Assembly (NCBI RefSeq): GCF_020745735.1
Contig: NC_083422.1
Span: forward strand, 37,386,001-37,450,000
Length of the DNA stretch: 64,000 nucleotides
Direction of reading: 5' to 3'
From: Hemiscyllium ocellatum
Lineage: Eukaryota
In this document: positions 1 to 14,011 of the stretch, piece by piece
How positions within the stretch are numbered: the first letter of the stretch is position 1
Layout: each line of letters begins with the position of its first letter
The notes under the pieces: model-generated
Told to the model about the DNA's origin: nothing
What the model saw: the letters and a program-made list of their open reading frames with translations, nothing else
The model's database searches: none
Position numbers and translations under genes: made by a program

Positions 1-31
1 AAGTAGGAAATCAGAGAAAAACTAAACTCAC

Positions 32-147
32 TATTTCCCCCAGAAGCACCACATTTTCTCCTCGGACAACAAAAATTCCTCTGGGAATATCACCGTATTT
101 TCTTCCTACGTGGATTCGTTCCACTGTCCGATGAAGAACCAAATTAG
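32..147 (-). CDS. LSM1: LSM1 coding exon 3 (ANLVLHRTVERIHVGRKYGDIPRGIFVVRGENVVLLGEI)
   Basis: Manual translation of the - strand gives the Sm2 region of Lsm1. Acceptor ttgcag (cag at 148-150), donor gtgagt (26-31), 116 nt, phase 1 to 0. The final exon is left of the window. Confidence 0.96.
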
Positions 148-974
148 CTGCAACACAGTGATGGAAGCATAAACATAATTGCCTTGGCGTTTAGCATGGA
201 TTCCACTCTCAAGAAATTTTAAATCAATGAAGAAGATCACTACACGATCATCAATAAAAGCACATTTTTTGTGTTGAAAATGCATTGCAATTCTACAGCT
301 TAATTCAAGCTTAATTCTTAGTTCACACCTAATTCTCTCTAAAGGTTATATTTAAAGATCATACAGTGAAATGTAAAATAAAGATCTCAGTCATAACAGA
401 TTACAGGACAGTATGAACCTAGATCTGTTAGGATGAAAGTGTCATGAGGATTAGCCTCATAAACTTACATCCCAGGGGCAATGTGATATGTCACATCACA
501 ATTTTTGCTAGGATAGTCTCAACTGTTATATATAAAATTAATTCTTAAAATTTTTTAATATCAGAGTTGTATGAAATGATACTTATTTAACTCATGAATT
601 GAACAGTTTGAAACATGCTGGTCAAAACTGTTGCTACATTTCTACTCAATCCAAACCCACCAACCATAGTTTTACCTACAATAATTTTCATCAAAAGAAA
701 AAGTACCATTTCTCCACAACAGCTTGCATTTGAATCATACTGCAATTTAAATCATCACTGAAGTAGATTTGCATAGGAGATTTGGGAAAATCAAATGAAT
801 ATGTTGACAAAATAAGCTAACTTGTGCAAAGTTCAAATTCAAAGAGAGCTCTCCTATTACCCAAGGTAAAATTCCAAAGTCAATTTCAAACAGCATGGTT
901 TCAGATAAACCACTGGATAGTATTTCACAGTCAACATGTATTTGACATAGGATCTTCACTAATTCCTTCACTGA

Positions 975-1200
975 ATGTAGACATCACTGGAGGGCCAATA
1001 TTTGTTGCCCATTCCTAATTACTCCTGGACTCAGTAGTTTGCTAAGCCATTTCAAAGGTCAGTTTTCAATCAACAGCATGGCTGTGGGTTTGGAATCACA
1101 TGTGGGCTGGACCAGGTAAGATAGATTTTCTTCCTTCAAAGGACAAGTGAGCGGGATGGGTTTTTAAGTCCATGATCGTTTGACGGCCGCCACTACAGAT
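975..1200 (-). mobile_element. tRNA-derived shark SINE fragment (same family as 13651-14011)
   Basis: Reverse complement of the body and 3' end of the 13651 element (ggaatcacatgtgggctggaccaggtaag). Confidence 0.6.
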
Positions 1201-2270
1201 TTATATTCCAAATGTAATGCCACATATTTTAAATCTAAAAACCACATATTCTTGTTGATTAATGTTGCTTTATTCAAATAACGAGGGAACATTCAGGACA
1301 GAAAGGTATGACCCGGATGTGATCAAGTCAATTTTACCCAGAGACAGCATTCTGATTGGTTTTCGAAGGTTCAGCATAGTAACATTCACTTGATTGATTC
1401 CTGGGCATCTAGCTGCAGTCTTGGGTGTGAACAATACAGGAGAAAAATCCAGTCTGCTAAGAGAAAACATCCATCTCTCTCTCCCTTTCTGTGTGGGATA
1501 AGGGAAAGAAAACATCTAGTAGTTATTTACTGCCCCCATCTTTCTCTGTAAGTTCCTCCCTCTACAAAATCCCCTGTTGAAAGAAAAAGAGGGAAAGCCA
1601 TCTTAAGAGGCATTGAAAAGGCGAATCCTCAACTAGTGAGTGAAAGAGAGGAAATCAGAGCATCCACAACCTTATGGGATTAGCAAAGAATTAGAAGGAG
1701 TTGAAAGAAGGCCAAAAGGAAACAACACATCAACATCTGAGATCCAGAATGGGACCAGAAATGTGCTTCTCTGACCTTTTTGTACTTCTCCAACATCTAT
1801 AATACTCATCTCTTGTCTCTTTTGCAGGTTTGTATGTGTATGGAAATTTTAGAAAGGGGTAGATTTTTAATTATAGACTTATATGTTAATAATTCATGTC
1901 TCCTTATCGCTATTGGTTAAAATAGTTTTATTACAATACGTAGTTGTTTTCCTGTTCATGAAAACCTGGTGTGCACATTTATTTAACCTGAATTAGACAA
2001 TTAGATAAAATTGTGCAATTCAGTGGTTTGATATTTGTGACAAATCTGGGAATAGTGGGGTTGGATTTCCAATGCACTACCCTTTCGAGTCATGACAGGA
2101 GTCACATTTTACCCTCTGCTGTGTGACATTTTGACATATTTGCTGAGAGGTCAGTGAGTGGAAATGACAGCTGTATTAAACTTTCCATCCAAAGATCACT
2201 TTGATATGCTCTAGAATGATGTGGTTCTTCAAGTTCTAATTACACATTAGTGTTAACCATTTCTCTGTTT

Positions 2271-3032
2271 AGAATCATAGAGATGTACAGCACGGGAACA
2301 GACACTTTGGTCCAACCCGTCCATGCCGACCAGATATCCCAACCCAATCTAGTCCCACCTGCCAGCACCCAGCCCATATTCTTCCAAGCCCTTCCTATTC
2401 ATATACCCATCCAAATGCCTTATAAATGTTGCAATTTTACTAACCTCCACCACTTTCTCTGGCAGCTGATTCCATACACGTGCCACCCTCTGGGTGAAAA
2501 TGTTGCCCCTTAGGTCTCTTTTAGATCTTTCCCCTCTCACCCTAAACCTATGCCCTCTCGTTCTAGACTCCCCCACCCTAGGGAAAAGACTTTGTCTATT
2601 TATCCTATCCATGCCTCTCATGATTTTGTAAACTTCTATAAGGTCACCACTCAACCTCCAACGCTCCAGGAAAAACAGCCCCAGCCTGTTCAGCCTTTTC
2701 CTATAGCTCAAATCCTCCAATCCTGGCAACATCCTTGTAAATCTTTTCTGAACCCATTCAAGTTTCACAACATCTTTCCAATAGGAAGGAGGCCAGAATT
2801 GCACACAATATTCCAACGGTGGCCTAACCAATGTCATGTACAGCCGCAACATGACCTCCCAACTCCTATACTCAATACTCTGACCAATAAAGGAAAGCAT
2901 ACCAAATGCCTTCTTCACTATCCTATCTACCTCCAACTCCACTTTCAAGGAGCTACGAACCTGCACTCCAAGGTCTCTTTGTTCAGCAACACTCCCTAGG
3001 ATCTTGCTATTAAGTGTATAAGTCTTGCTAAG
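2271..3032 (-). mobile_element. CR1 (HER1-like) LINE, 5'-truncated
   Basis: ORF 2349-2966 is the CR1 RT C-terminus (LVRPPLEYCVQFW...GDLIEVYKIM); 3' UTR ends in ctctatgattct. Confidence 0.93.
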
Positions 3033-4565
3033 ACCTGTTTAAACTACTTGGACAACTGAAGTTCAGTGGAAAGCAACTTTTCAGGCCAATAAACCTTAGC
3101 AACTGCATTTTGATTTTTTTGACATAATTGCTGTACAACCTGCCATCTCCTTAGCAACTAGTTGCAGTCTCAAACTCAGAATCTAAAAATGAAGCAATTC
3201 TCAAACATTACAGAGTCTGTTACAACTCTCAACCCATTGCACAACTGCTGAAATGATGATAGCAAACATCCCAGCCAGAGCACTTATCCTGCATTCATGC
3301 CTAGCACCTGAAGGAGCAAAGCTCCAAAAGCTTGTGTTTTCAAATAAATGTGTGGGACTATAACCTGGTGTTGTGTGATTTTTGACCTTGCCCAACCCAG
3401 TCCAATACGGCACTTCCACTTCACAACACCTAACAGAGAATCCTCAGGGAAATCTTCCTGAATCCATTCTATTTTTCAGTTTCAAAGTGGGGCATGTCAT
3501 TAACAGGTTTTTTTTTCTATTGGCAATAATATTCCTTTGCAGACTGATGATCTCTCCTGCTGAAACACAAGTGACTTGAGTTACTCTAAGCAGATAGAGG
3601 CAAAATTACGAAGGGATGAAGAAATTATGGGTTTATATCCAGGATCAAAAAGAACTGTTGAGAAAAGTCACTGACAAAGCTGACACAAAATATTTCCCAT
3701 CCCTCTGAATTGTACAAGAACAATAAACTCTCCTAAGATGTTTAGTAAACACATTTGACTAACTATTAAAAGGCCAAAAAAATGAAAATGTTCTAACTGA
3801 GATGGTTGAAAAACTAAGTTTGATTTTTCCAATTGTGAACTTCAGCGCTCTGCAGGCCTGCTTGAGCAAAGGGCCATATTTGGACACTTTCAAGAGACAA
3901 TTAATTAATCTTGCTCTCAACACAGTATAAAACTCAGTCTTCCAAATGCACAGAAATTCCAGCTGTAGAGCTTTGCATCGTCCCCTTTTTCGAACTGCTT
4001 CTCTTATATTTGAAAGCTCAGTCTTGATTTTATTTAACCACATTTGTTGGAGTTCTTGTCAGGCTATTATAAACTACTGGCTTGGCATATGAATATCTAA
4101 ATCTCTTAATGTTCCTTGTGACCACCAATGTCAATTTCTTTATTAACTGTACCTTTCAATTGTGTCAAGGTGCATTCTGCCATGTAGTTATACGTGAAAT
4201 GTTCTTAATACATTAAAATGGATATTCTAACTTTTCATACCTCTTTGCTTCTATTTAATTTCTGGGAGGAGTAATGATATCCCTATTACATTTGTACTGC
4301 TTCTGCATTCAATTAAAACAAATCACAATCTGAATCTGAACAATTCCATACTTCCTGTGATGCTAAAATATCTCCCAGCTCTAGTGATCTGCAATAACCG
4401 TACTGATTCAAATCCATCACTATAGCAACACAACAATTCTTTTAATTGTCTATGGAGATATTTAACAACTTTGACCACATGGCCAACGCAACTTTTAATG
4501 ATCAAAAATGATTGATCCACCACAATGCTTAAATAACTTTATTTTGTTCGCATAATAATACTTAC

Positions 4566-4634
4566 CAAATTGATCTACACTCCTTAAATATCCTATTAAC
4601 GTTCTCCCATCTCGAAGTACAACTAAATGTTTCT
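4566..4634 (-). CDS. LSM1: LSM1 coding exon 2 (KKHLVVLRDGRTLIGYLRSVDQF)
   Basis: Sm1 motif. Acceptor ttttattaacag, donor gtaag (4561-4565), 69 nt, phase 1 to 1, in frame with exons 1 and 3. Confidence 0.96.
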
Positions 4635-5505
4635 CTGTTAATAAAAAAAGAGATATTTTATGTAGTACAATTAATCATAAAGGTCCAGTGAAAAAATAGT
4701 CTTGCAAACTGATAGGAATAAACTAAAGGCAATTTTGCTCTGTACTTCAACACAAGTACACAATTGTACTTTGGAATGCTTGAAGGTCCCATCCCTAAAT
4801 GACAATGCACAGTACAGGACCTTCCCTATTGAAGAGTAAGCAGAAACAGAAGTTGGTAGACATAGACATCAATTTGGACTTGAGTCAGATGGTCTGTTTC
4901 TGTCTCCGAATAAACCATTATTAAAACCTTGAACCTATATTGTGTGAAGGATAGCGCTTGATGCCTGACATTCCGCTGACTGTTATCTTAACTGAGGCAT
5001 TAACCTGTGAGGTTTCAGACTCATACTCTGCTAATTACAAAAACCAACAGCTTTTATCCTTGTGACAGTGCCTATCTGTCACTGCCATACTTCTGCTGAA
5101 ACCCACATTCATTCCTTTGATATCTTCAAACTCAACAGTTCCAATGCTTTCCCCAATGCCCCCCAAGCCAGCACCAGCACCATTCCCCCAGCCATCACCA
5201 CCATCACCACCACCCCCTCCCACCCCCCCCAACTTCCCAAGCTTCACCTTCTGTTCATCCAAAACCTTGATGCTTGTACTCTGTCTTGAACCAAATCCTA
5301 CTTACCCATTATCCTGTGCTTTTTGACCTCCCATGGCTATCAGTCTTCTCAAGCACATCAAATTTAAACCGTACAGACTCCTTCATTGCAGATACTGACT
5401 TTTTTCTTCATTCAATATATATTAATGGCCAAACAATTCATAATCCAACAATTTATATTTCTCTGAAGTAGTTAACATTGTTCTTGCCTTACTCCATTCT
5501 CAACT

Positions 5506-5642
5506 TAGATTACTTAGTGTGGAAACAGGCCCTTCAGCCCAACAAGTCCACACCGACCCGCCGAAGCGCAACCCACCCATACCCCTACATTTACCCCTTA
5601 CCTAACACTACGGGCAATTTAGCACGGCCAATTCACCTGACC
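5506..5642 (-). mobile_element. HE1-type SINE 3' fragment
   Basis: Reverse complement of the 3' half of the element at 8027-8374. Confidence 0.85.
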
Positions 5643-5739
5643 TTACTATTTAATTGTAGCCCACATCATCCGAAATGGCTTCTCTTCCTGCTCCAGCACT
5701 AGTTTCACCGGTGTCTCTGAAACATTTAACTGTCCTCTT

Positions 5740-6480
5740 CAGTCAAAAACACAACACCCAAAAACAGAGCAGTGACTTTCACATCAACACTGATGACACC
5801 CTGCTCCATGTCACACCACCTTCCTCGACTCCTCTATTATTTCAAAGTTATCAGAATTTTTAACATCCAAAACTTGCTTAAAATCATACATTGGGAAGAT
5901 TGAAATCATTATTTTTCATCACCATGCTAAAACTCCATCTCCTCGCTCTGACTGTTATCACTTTGTTAGCATCTGTTAAGAGGCTGAACTATCTTTGGAA
6001 GCTTGGAATCATGTTTGATACAAAAATGTGCTTCCAACCACAGATTCGTGCCATCACTAAAACTGCATATTCCCTCCTCTTACATCATCTCACTCTGCCC
6101 TGTCTCAACCTGTCTGCTGCTGAAACACTCTTGCATGCCTTTGATAGTCTGGACTTGACTATTTCATGCTGGTCAGGCTCCCACATTCTACTATCTGTAA
6201 ACTCAAGGCATTAGAAAACTCTGCTTCCTCTGCCCTTACTTGCACCAAATCCCAATTCCTTGTGCATGCCGCTTACGTTCACACATCAGTTTCTGACTAA
6301 GTAACGACAGGCATTCAATTTTAAAATGTTTATCCTTGTTTATAAATCCATCCAAGACCTTGCTCCTCCTTTTCATTACCTCCTCCAGCCCTATAAAATC
6401 AGAGAAACCGCCACTCCTCTTATTCTGGCATCTCAAAACTTTCCCAATTTAATTGTTTTACCATTGTTGAGAATGAATTC
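5740..6480 (+). mobile_element. Decayed L2-type LINE fragment
   Basis: ctgatgacacc (ADDT-like) and LGIMFDTKMCFQPQI...TKTAY...AAETLLHAF remnants of the L2 RT C-terminus. Confidence 0.6.
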
Positions 6481-7035
6481 AGTCAATGTTCCCACTAATT
6501 TCTCCACCTGCTGCTTGGACCTCTGAGGTTGGTGAGAGGGAAAGGCTGGAGAAACTGGAAGTGAATGCATCAGCACAGCATTAACATGCTGTTTAAAGTG
6601 AATACGCAGCCACAGAGATTTCAGGGAATATTGATTTCCGATGCTTGGGCACTACGATCATGAACTCCACACATAAAGCACACTCCACATTTCTATCTCT
6701 TTGCTATTTTAAGGCATCCTTTAAAACCTACTTTTATGACAAAGTTTTTGGATCAACTATCTTCATATTTTCTGATGCCAAATGTTGACACATAATGCTC
6801 TTGCGCAATGCCTCAAAATATTTTATTGCTTTAGAAGTGCTATGGAAACAGGGTAGTTGTTATAAAATAAATGGGTTGTTTTCAATATTGAATTAATAGC
6901 ATAAGTTGAGAATATTCCCCTCTTTTATCAATTAAATTGGTTAAACATTAAAAATGACATAGCAGTTATTTTATGATGTGAGGTATCCTTTTGGAATTTT
7001 GAACATAGGATGAGCACATATTTCAGTAGATGTTG

Positions 7036-7879
7036 AAAATGTGTTGCTGAAAAAGCGCAGCAGGTCAGGCAGCATCCAAGGAACAGGAGATTCGATGTTT
7101 CGGGCATAAGCCCTTCTTCAGGAATGAGGAAAGTGTGTCCAGCAGGCTAAGATAAAAGGTTGGGAGGAGGGACTTGGGGGAGGGGCGATGGAGATGCGAT
7201 AGGTGGAAGGAGGTCAAGGTGAGGGTGATAGGCCGGAGTGGGGTAGGGGACGGAGAAGTCAGGAAGAAGATTGCAGGTTAGGAAGGCGGCGCTGAGTTCG
7301 AGGGATTTGACTGAGACAAGGTGGGGGGAGGGGAAATGAGGAAACTGGAGAAATCTGAGTTCATCCCTTGTGGTTGGAGGGTTCCTAGGCAGAAGATGAG
7401 GCGCTCTTCCTCCAACTGTCGTGTTGTTATGGTCTGTCGATGGAGGAGTCCAAGTACCTGCATGTCCTTGGTGGAGTGGGAGGGGGAGTTAAAGTGTTGA
7501 GCCACGGGGTGGTTGGGTTGGTTGGTTGGTCCGGGTGTCCCAGGAGGTGTTTTCAGGGAACACCTCTGGGACACCCGGACCAACCAACCTAGGAAGAGCG
7601 CCTCATCTTCTTCCTGACCTCTCCGCCCCCACCCCACTCCGGCCTATCACCCTCACCTTGAGCTCCTTTCACCTATCGCATCTTCATCGTCCCTCCCCCA
7701 AGTCCCTCCTCCCTACCTTTTATCTTAGCCTGCTGGACACACTTTCCTCATTCCTGAAGTAGGGCTTATGCCCGAAACGTCGAATCTCCTGCTCCTTGGA
7801 TGCTGCCTGACCTGCTGCGCTTTTCCAGCAACACATTTTCAGCTCTGATCTCCAGCATCTGCAGATCTCACCTTTCTCC
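7036..7879. mobile_element. Penelope-like fold-back element with 15-bp TSD
   Basis: GIY-YIG tail (HPVAQHFNS...EEERLIF) on the - strand, then an inverted copy. TSD tttcagtagatgttg at 7021-7035 and 7880-7894. Confidence 0.88.
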
Positions 7880-8026
7880 TTTCAGTAGATGTTGCCATTT
7901 TTGCTGCTACATTGTTTAAAAACGGTCCCGTTCTGCATTCTAAAAATGCATTGTCTAGATGAATATTGGCATCTTTTAATTTATAAATTGAAATACAGCA
8001 ATCTGTCACTTACATCACGGCTATAT

Positions 8027-8374
8027 GGGCGGCACGGTGGCACAGTGGTTAGCACTGCTGCCTCACAGCGCCTGTAGACCCGGGTTCAATTCCCGACTCA
8101 GGCGACTGACTGTGTGGAGTTTGCACGTTCTCCCCGTGTCTGTGTGGGTTTCCTCCCACAGGCACTCGGAGGTTTCCTCCGGGTGCTCCGGTTTCCTCCC
8201 ACAGTCACAAAGATGTGCGGGTCAGGTGAATTGGCCAAGCTAAATTGCCCGTAGCGTTAGGTAAGGGGTAAATGTAGGGGTATGGGTGGGTTGCGCTTCG
8301 GCGGGTCGGTGTGGACTTGTTGGGCCGAAGGGCCTGTTTCCACACTGTAAGTCTAATCTAATCTAATCTAATCT
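8027..8374 (+). mobile_element. HE1-type (V-domain) SINE, full length
   Basis: tRNA-like head (tggcacagtggttagc, gggttcaattcc), V-domain core, CR1-like tail ending in (ctaat)n. Confidence 0.9.
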
Positions 8375-10399
8375 ATTAACATGAAATTGATACATGGCAG
8401 TTTATTCTGAATAAAAGGTTTTCCAAACATCTGTGATCCTTTGATTCTCTGAGTAAACAAGAAGCAGAAGAATTCTTTTGTTTGCAAATAACCTCAAGTG
8501 GATTAAAGCACCTAGCAGCATGCTGTATGCCAACATTTTGAGATAAATTTCCTTCATTTGTTGAGACAATCTAAAATAGGATACATACATAAGAAAATTC
8601 ACTCAGCCTGGGGAGATTGCTTTATCTTCATATATCAGAGTTGTGGAGGTAACTTTGTTCATGTGGAATGCAACTTGACAGGGCTGCTGATTTGGAAATA
8701 TTTCATGATCTGTGAAATTAATTTGTATGTCATGCAGCTACAGAACCTTCCTTCTGATTACATACTCCTATAGCTGTTTTTGTCTCTTACAATAAATATT
8801 TTCCAAACTCCCCTCAAATTCCTGTTTTGGTTAGAAGTAGCTTCATTTTGTTTTAACATTAATTTTGCATTACATCTCTGTGCAACTTTTTGGTATCATT
8901 TTCCATAATAGATATAAATAAATATTTTTAATAAAATACAAATTGTTTCAATTTTAGAAGAAACAGTACTAATATGAGGTCAAAAAAGAGGACAAGAATG
9001 AAAGATATGTTACTAAAAGCTCTTGAATTGACACAGCAAGGTCCTATGTGTAGCTGCAGGATTCAGGCCAACCATTTTAGTAAACCAATCATATTTCAAA
9101 TTTTAAAACATGAAAATCGTTATTCCATTATTTCAGAGCTTTAATTTTGAGCCAATCAGCTCTTGAACATAGAAAAGTAAAATGGACCAAATAACTTTGT
9201 GATGTCATTAAACAGATGAGGGCAAGTAGCATTATCACAAGTCAAATGTTAGATTAATGGGATTTGCCTTAGTGCAAAGTATTTGTAAATAAGGAACTGA
9301 AAATGAAAGATAATTAAATTGCTGATGAGGTAGACTATAACATTGAAAGTGGTTGTTCTGGCTGAGACTTTCCTCTTTTGTTGTGAGCACAGTGACAGAA
9401 ACACAGGCAACAGGTTTTGAAACAGGTTTTGAGGGCAAACTTTCATTAGCTTCAGAAGATTACATGAAGATAGTTAGAAGCCATTTCTTTAAGTTGAGTA
9501 AAATGGCTCACTGATGGAAGAAAACTTAGCTTGCTCATTGTTATTATTCCACTCAAAAATAAGTTACAATGAGCCAGCATCTCTTCGCCAAGGGCTCCGC
9601 TGCTGATAACTAGCATCCTAATGCGCTATCCAGCTCTGTCTGCAGTATAATAGAGGTTGCTGGAAATGTTCCCATTTTCTCTACAAATAGGGCAGGGACC
9701 TCCTAATCATATTGTTCAGATAGCATAGTTCCCCGTTCTTGTAAATGGGAAACAATTGCCCGATAACATTTTACATTCAAAATAAAAATAAGTAATTGCT
9801 ATTGAAATTTCATATGAAAATCACTAAACTTACATAAGTGAAATGGAAAATGGAGAGATGGACTGCTAATACTTCATGTGCTGCCTGACCTATTGCAAGT
9901 TCCCAGAATTCTGTTTTTCTTTCTAGTTTCCAGAAGTGATTGTCTATTTCAACACAAAAGCAAAATACTACGAGGCTCCTTGAATATGTATCAAACAGTA
10001 GAATCCATAGCACTGAGTGCTTGATGTTATTTTAACGCTGTTTATTTTATTTCCCTTCAGAAAGAAGCTTTGCTTATTAAGTGATTCATTCAAGAGTGGA
10101 ATGCAAATTCAGAGAATGTTCTACAAATCAGCATTTCACAGCAATCTTCTCCATTTTACAAGGCACTATGCAATACTTCTCGATCTTTTCGCTCTGTAAG
10201 AGAGGCAAAAGAGCTAAATATTGCAATGATGTTCTTAATGGTAGCAGTGGAAGAGAACTAGGAAAGATGTAAAACAGGTTGAAAATTTGCAATCACTCAT
10301 TTGACTACACAAAGTCAAAATATCCCCCGTGTAATAAATCTATTTCTATCCCGCCAGTCATGCTATCTTGAAAGGTCAAGTGGATCTCTATTGCGTAGA

Positions 10400-11997
10400 T
10401 TAAGAGGGGTTGGAAATGCTCAATCAGCTGGTGAATGGGAATATAAGGGCAGTAGGAGTAAACCCAAGAGGGAAATCAGGAAGGCAAAATGGAGACATGA
10501 GATAGCTTTGGCAAATAAGGTTAAGGATTAGGATTAAGGATTAAGGATTAAGGAGAACCTGAAGAGATTCTACAAATACATTAAAGGGCAAAAGAACAAC
10601 TAGGGACATCAACAAGACAGTGTGTGTGTGGAATCACATGAAATGGATAAGATACTAAATGAATATCTAATATTGCACCAGTATTTACAGTGGAGCAATT
10701 GGAAGCTATAGAACTTTGAGAACTAAACAGCAATATCTTGAAAAGTGTCCAAGAGGAAGATGTACTGGGCGCCTTAAAATGCATCAAGGTGCATAAATCC
10801 CTAGGGCCGGATCCGGTGCATTCTAGAACTTTGTGAGAAGCTAGGGAAGTGACTGTTGGGCCCCTTGGTCAGATATTTGCACTGATGGCCACCAGTGAGG
10901 TGCTAGAAGACTGGAGGGTGGCTAATGTGGTGCCATTGTTTAAGAAAGGTGGTAAGCAAAAGCCAGGGAAATATAGAGCGATGATGGTCGAGGGTTGTTT
11001 CTCGGACTGGAGGCCTGACCAACAGTGAGCCGCAAGTATCAGTGCTGTGTCCACTGCTTTTTATCATTTATAGAAGTGATTTGTATGTGAATATAGGAGG
11101 TGTAGTTAGTAAGTTTTTAAATGACACCAAAATTGGTGGTGTAGTGGGCAGTGAAGGTTGCCTTGAAATACAATGGGGCCTTGATCAGATGGGCTGAGCA
11201 GTGGCAGATCGAGTTTAATTTAGATAAATGTGAGGTGTTGCTTTGTTTTTAGGCAAAGTAGGGCAGGACTTTTATACTTTACGATAGGATCCTGGGGTGT
11301 ATTGTCAAACAAAGAGACCTTGGGGTACAGGTTCATAGTTCTTTGAAAGTGGAGTCGCAAGTAGATAGGGTAGGAAAGAAGGCGATTCATATGCTTGTCT
11401 TTATTGGTCAGTGCATTGATATCATGTTGTGGCTATACAGGACATTAATTAGGCAACTTTAGGAATACTGTGTTCAGTTCTGGTCTCCCTGCGATAGGAA
11501 AGGTGTTGTTAAACTTGAAAGGGTGCAGAAAAGGTTTATAAGGATGTTGCCAGGGTTAGAAGGTTTGAGCTATAGGGAGAGGATGAATAGATTGGGGCTA
11601 TTTTCCCTGGAGTGTAGGACACTGAGGGTGGCCTTGTTGAGGTTTATAAAAGCATGAGGCACATGGTTACGATGAATAGCCAAGGAGTTTTCCCAGTGTG
11701 GGTGAGTCTAGAATTAGGGGGCATATGCTTAAGGTGAGAGGAGAAAGACTTGAAAGGGACTTAAGGGGCAACTTTTTCACATAGGGTGGTGTATACATGG
11801 AATGAGCTGCCACTGGAAGTGGTGGAGACTGGTACAATTACAATATCTAAAAGGCATCAAGATGGGTTCATGAACAGGAAGAGTTTAAGAGGGATATGGA
11901 CCAAATGGGACTAGGCTAGTTTAGGATGTCTGGTCGCCGTAGACAAGTTGGACCTGACAGTCTGTTCAGTGTTGTACAACGCGATAACTGTATAACT
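10400..11997 (+). mobile_element. Decayed CR1 LINE with internal deletions
   Basis: KREIRKAK...HEIALANKVK, WRVANVVPLFKKG and RT C-terminal remnants with stops and frameshifts; CR1 3' UTR. Confidence 0.88.
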
Positions 11998-12456
11998 CAA
12001 TGAAGAACATCGGTCTGCATATTCTCAGGCAGTCCTTGTCATTACCTCCTCTTTAATCAAAAAGGAGAATTTTGTCAGTATACTTGCTTGCTTTGCCAAA
12101 ATTATTTTTGGATCATTTGGTTTAAACTTTTCTGAAAGGGCAAAGCTATACCTTTAAAAGAACTTCCTGACTGCATCAGCACAGAAGCTTCTCCAGACAG
12201 CACCAGAAAGGGAAATGGTGACAGCTCACAAAGGTTAAGTTGCCATGGGGGAAACTGACAAGAATGACTGCTGTACTAATGTTGATCCTATTTGAACTAG
12301 GAGTAAAAGCTAGGTGGATAGGAAGAGCCAAATTTAAATCATAGGAACAGATTAATGCTGGAAAAAGATGAGGATGCAAATGTAAGAATACAAATTAGGG
12401 ATTAGCAATTTTCTTTCACACAAGCTTTTCGAATGTTGATGAGGAGAATCTGTAGT

Positions 12457-12655
12457 TGAAAATGTGTTGCTGGTTAAAGCACAGCAGGTTAGGCAGCATC
12501 CAAGGAATAGGAAATTTGACGTTTCGGGCATGGAAGGGCTTATGCCCGAAACGTCGAATTTCCTATTCCTTGGATGCTGCCTAACCTGCTGTGCTTTAAC
12601 CAGCAACACATTTTCAACTGTGATCTCCAGCATCTGCAGACCTCACTTTTTATAC
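12457..12655. mobile_element. Penelope pLTR-derived palindromic mini-element, 16-bp TSD
   Basis: Inverted arms of about 75 bp; TSD gaggagaatctgtagt at 12441-12456 and 12656-12671. Confidence 0.85.
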
Positions 12656-13650
12656 GAGGAGAATCTGTAGTCCAATTTTGCCTTGTATGTTCATTCTTTT
12701 TTAAGTTTACAGGTAACAGTCAACTGGGCACTGTCAGGCACGTGTTCAGCAGCTGGACAGAGTTAGATTAACCAGAATTTGTTTTCAACCACAGGTGGAT
12801 GATGGATAGCAGAAGGTGTAACCAATCCCTCTGTATATGGAGGAAAAAGACAATAGCCAACCTAGGCATTTTGCCATCTTGCACGTAGCAGTCAGACATA
12901 GCAAACAATGATCGTGCCAATCAGTTGAAGGAAACGATCTGGAAAAAAATATGCAATATTTACAGTGTAGGTTCTGTTATAATGAGCATAATCAGCTAAA
13001 TCTGACAGATTATACAAATAGCTCATTATACTTTGTTTCAAAACAAAGTTTTTAGATGAGGAATTTTTACAAAATAAATACGGAGGAATGCAAGAAAATA
13101 CAGTATAAACTAACAAATAAAATCACTAATGAGGAGTCAGTGTCAAATATGGTGTTAACCAGTGGGGAAGAATCCTTTCCTGACTATGCTATCAAATTAT
13201 TCAAGCCTTAAAAGGAAAGTCATTTCTCACACAAAATCTTTTTTCTCAGAAGGTGTACTTTGGCAGTGGCTCACTGCAAGTGGTTTGTGGATAAAGCAAT
13301 TGAAAAGAACCATGCAGTTTCTTCCTAATGGTGGCTGGACTGTCATTTTGGAAACTAGATTTGAAGAGGCAGGTACTCTCTTGCACCTTTGGTATGAAGA
13401 GAGTAAACATGACCTTCGAAAATTTCCTTTGCTCAACATAGTAAATTATGTTCAGGTCTGGACCATGGGGTATGGCAAAACCCTCTCTAACATGTGTTTA
13501 GTTTCAGTAAAAGGCTTAAAAACAATGAGTGAATTTTGATAGTGGAAGGATATAACTGTTCTGATATAAAATGATACTCTCTACTCATCAAACACACACA
13601 TGCACATCAATTTACTATGTATACAGGGACTTTAATCTTAAACACTTTCA

Positions 13651-14011
13651 GGAGAGGCAATGCCTAGTGATATTAACATTGGACTGTTAATCCAGAGACC
13701 CAGGTAATGTTCTGGGGACCCAGGTTGATTCCTGCCATGGCAGATGGTGACATTTGAACTCGGTTAAAAAAATATCTGGAATTAAGTGTGTAAGAATGAA
13801 CATGAATCCATTGCTGACTGTTGGGAAAAGCCCATCTGGTTCACTAATGTCCATTAGGGAAAGAAGCTCCTATCCTTATATGGTCCGGCCTACATGTGAC
13901 TCCAGATCTACAGCAATGTGATTGACTTTAAACTGCATTCTGGGTAATTAGGATGAGCAATCAATGCTGGCCTTACAAGTGATATGCTCATCCCATGAAT
14001 AAATAAAAAAA
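13651..14011 (+). mobile_element. tRNA-derived SINE
   Basis: A/B-box-like head and A-rich tail (tgaataaataaaaaa); related copies at 975, 39650 and 54050. Confidence 0.7.

Noticed and set aside
1330-1400. + strand RDSILIGFRRFS, superficially like Lsm1 exon 2
   Set aside because: Wrong strand and no splice context; the true exon 2 is at 4566-4634.
1490-2097. Solo LTR (TG...CA bounded, purine-rich then AT-rich)
   Set aside because: No second copy or clear TSD in the window.
5035-5326. Gly-rich and Pro-rich ORFs
   Set aside because: Low-complexity (cca/ccc)n tract with no splice or homology support.
8027-8100. tRNA gene
   Set aside because: tRNA-derived head of an HE1 SINE that continues into the SINE body; the same applies to the other copies.
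3543-10195. Selenoprotein or readthrough explanation for in-frame TGA in the exon-like segments
   Set aside because: One segment has TAA and no SECIS was recognised; decay or chance is simpler.
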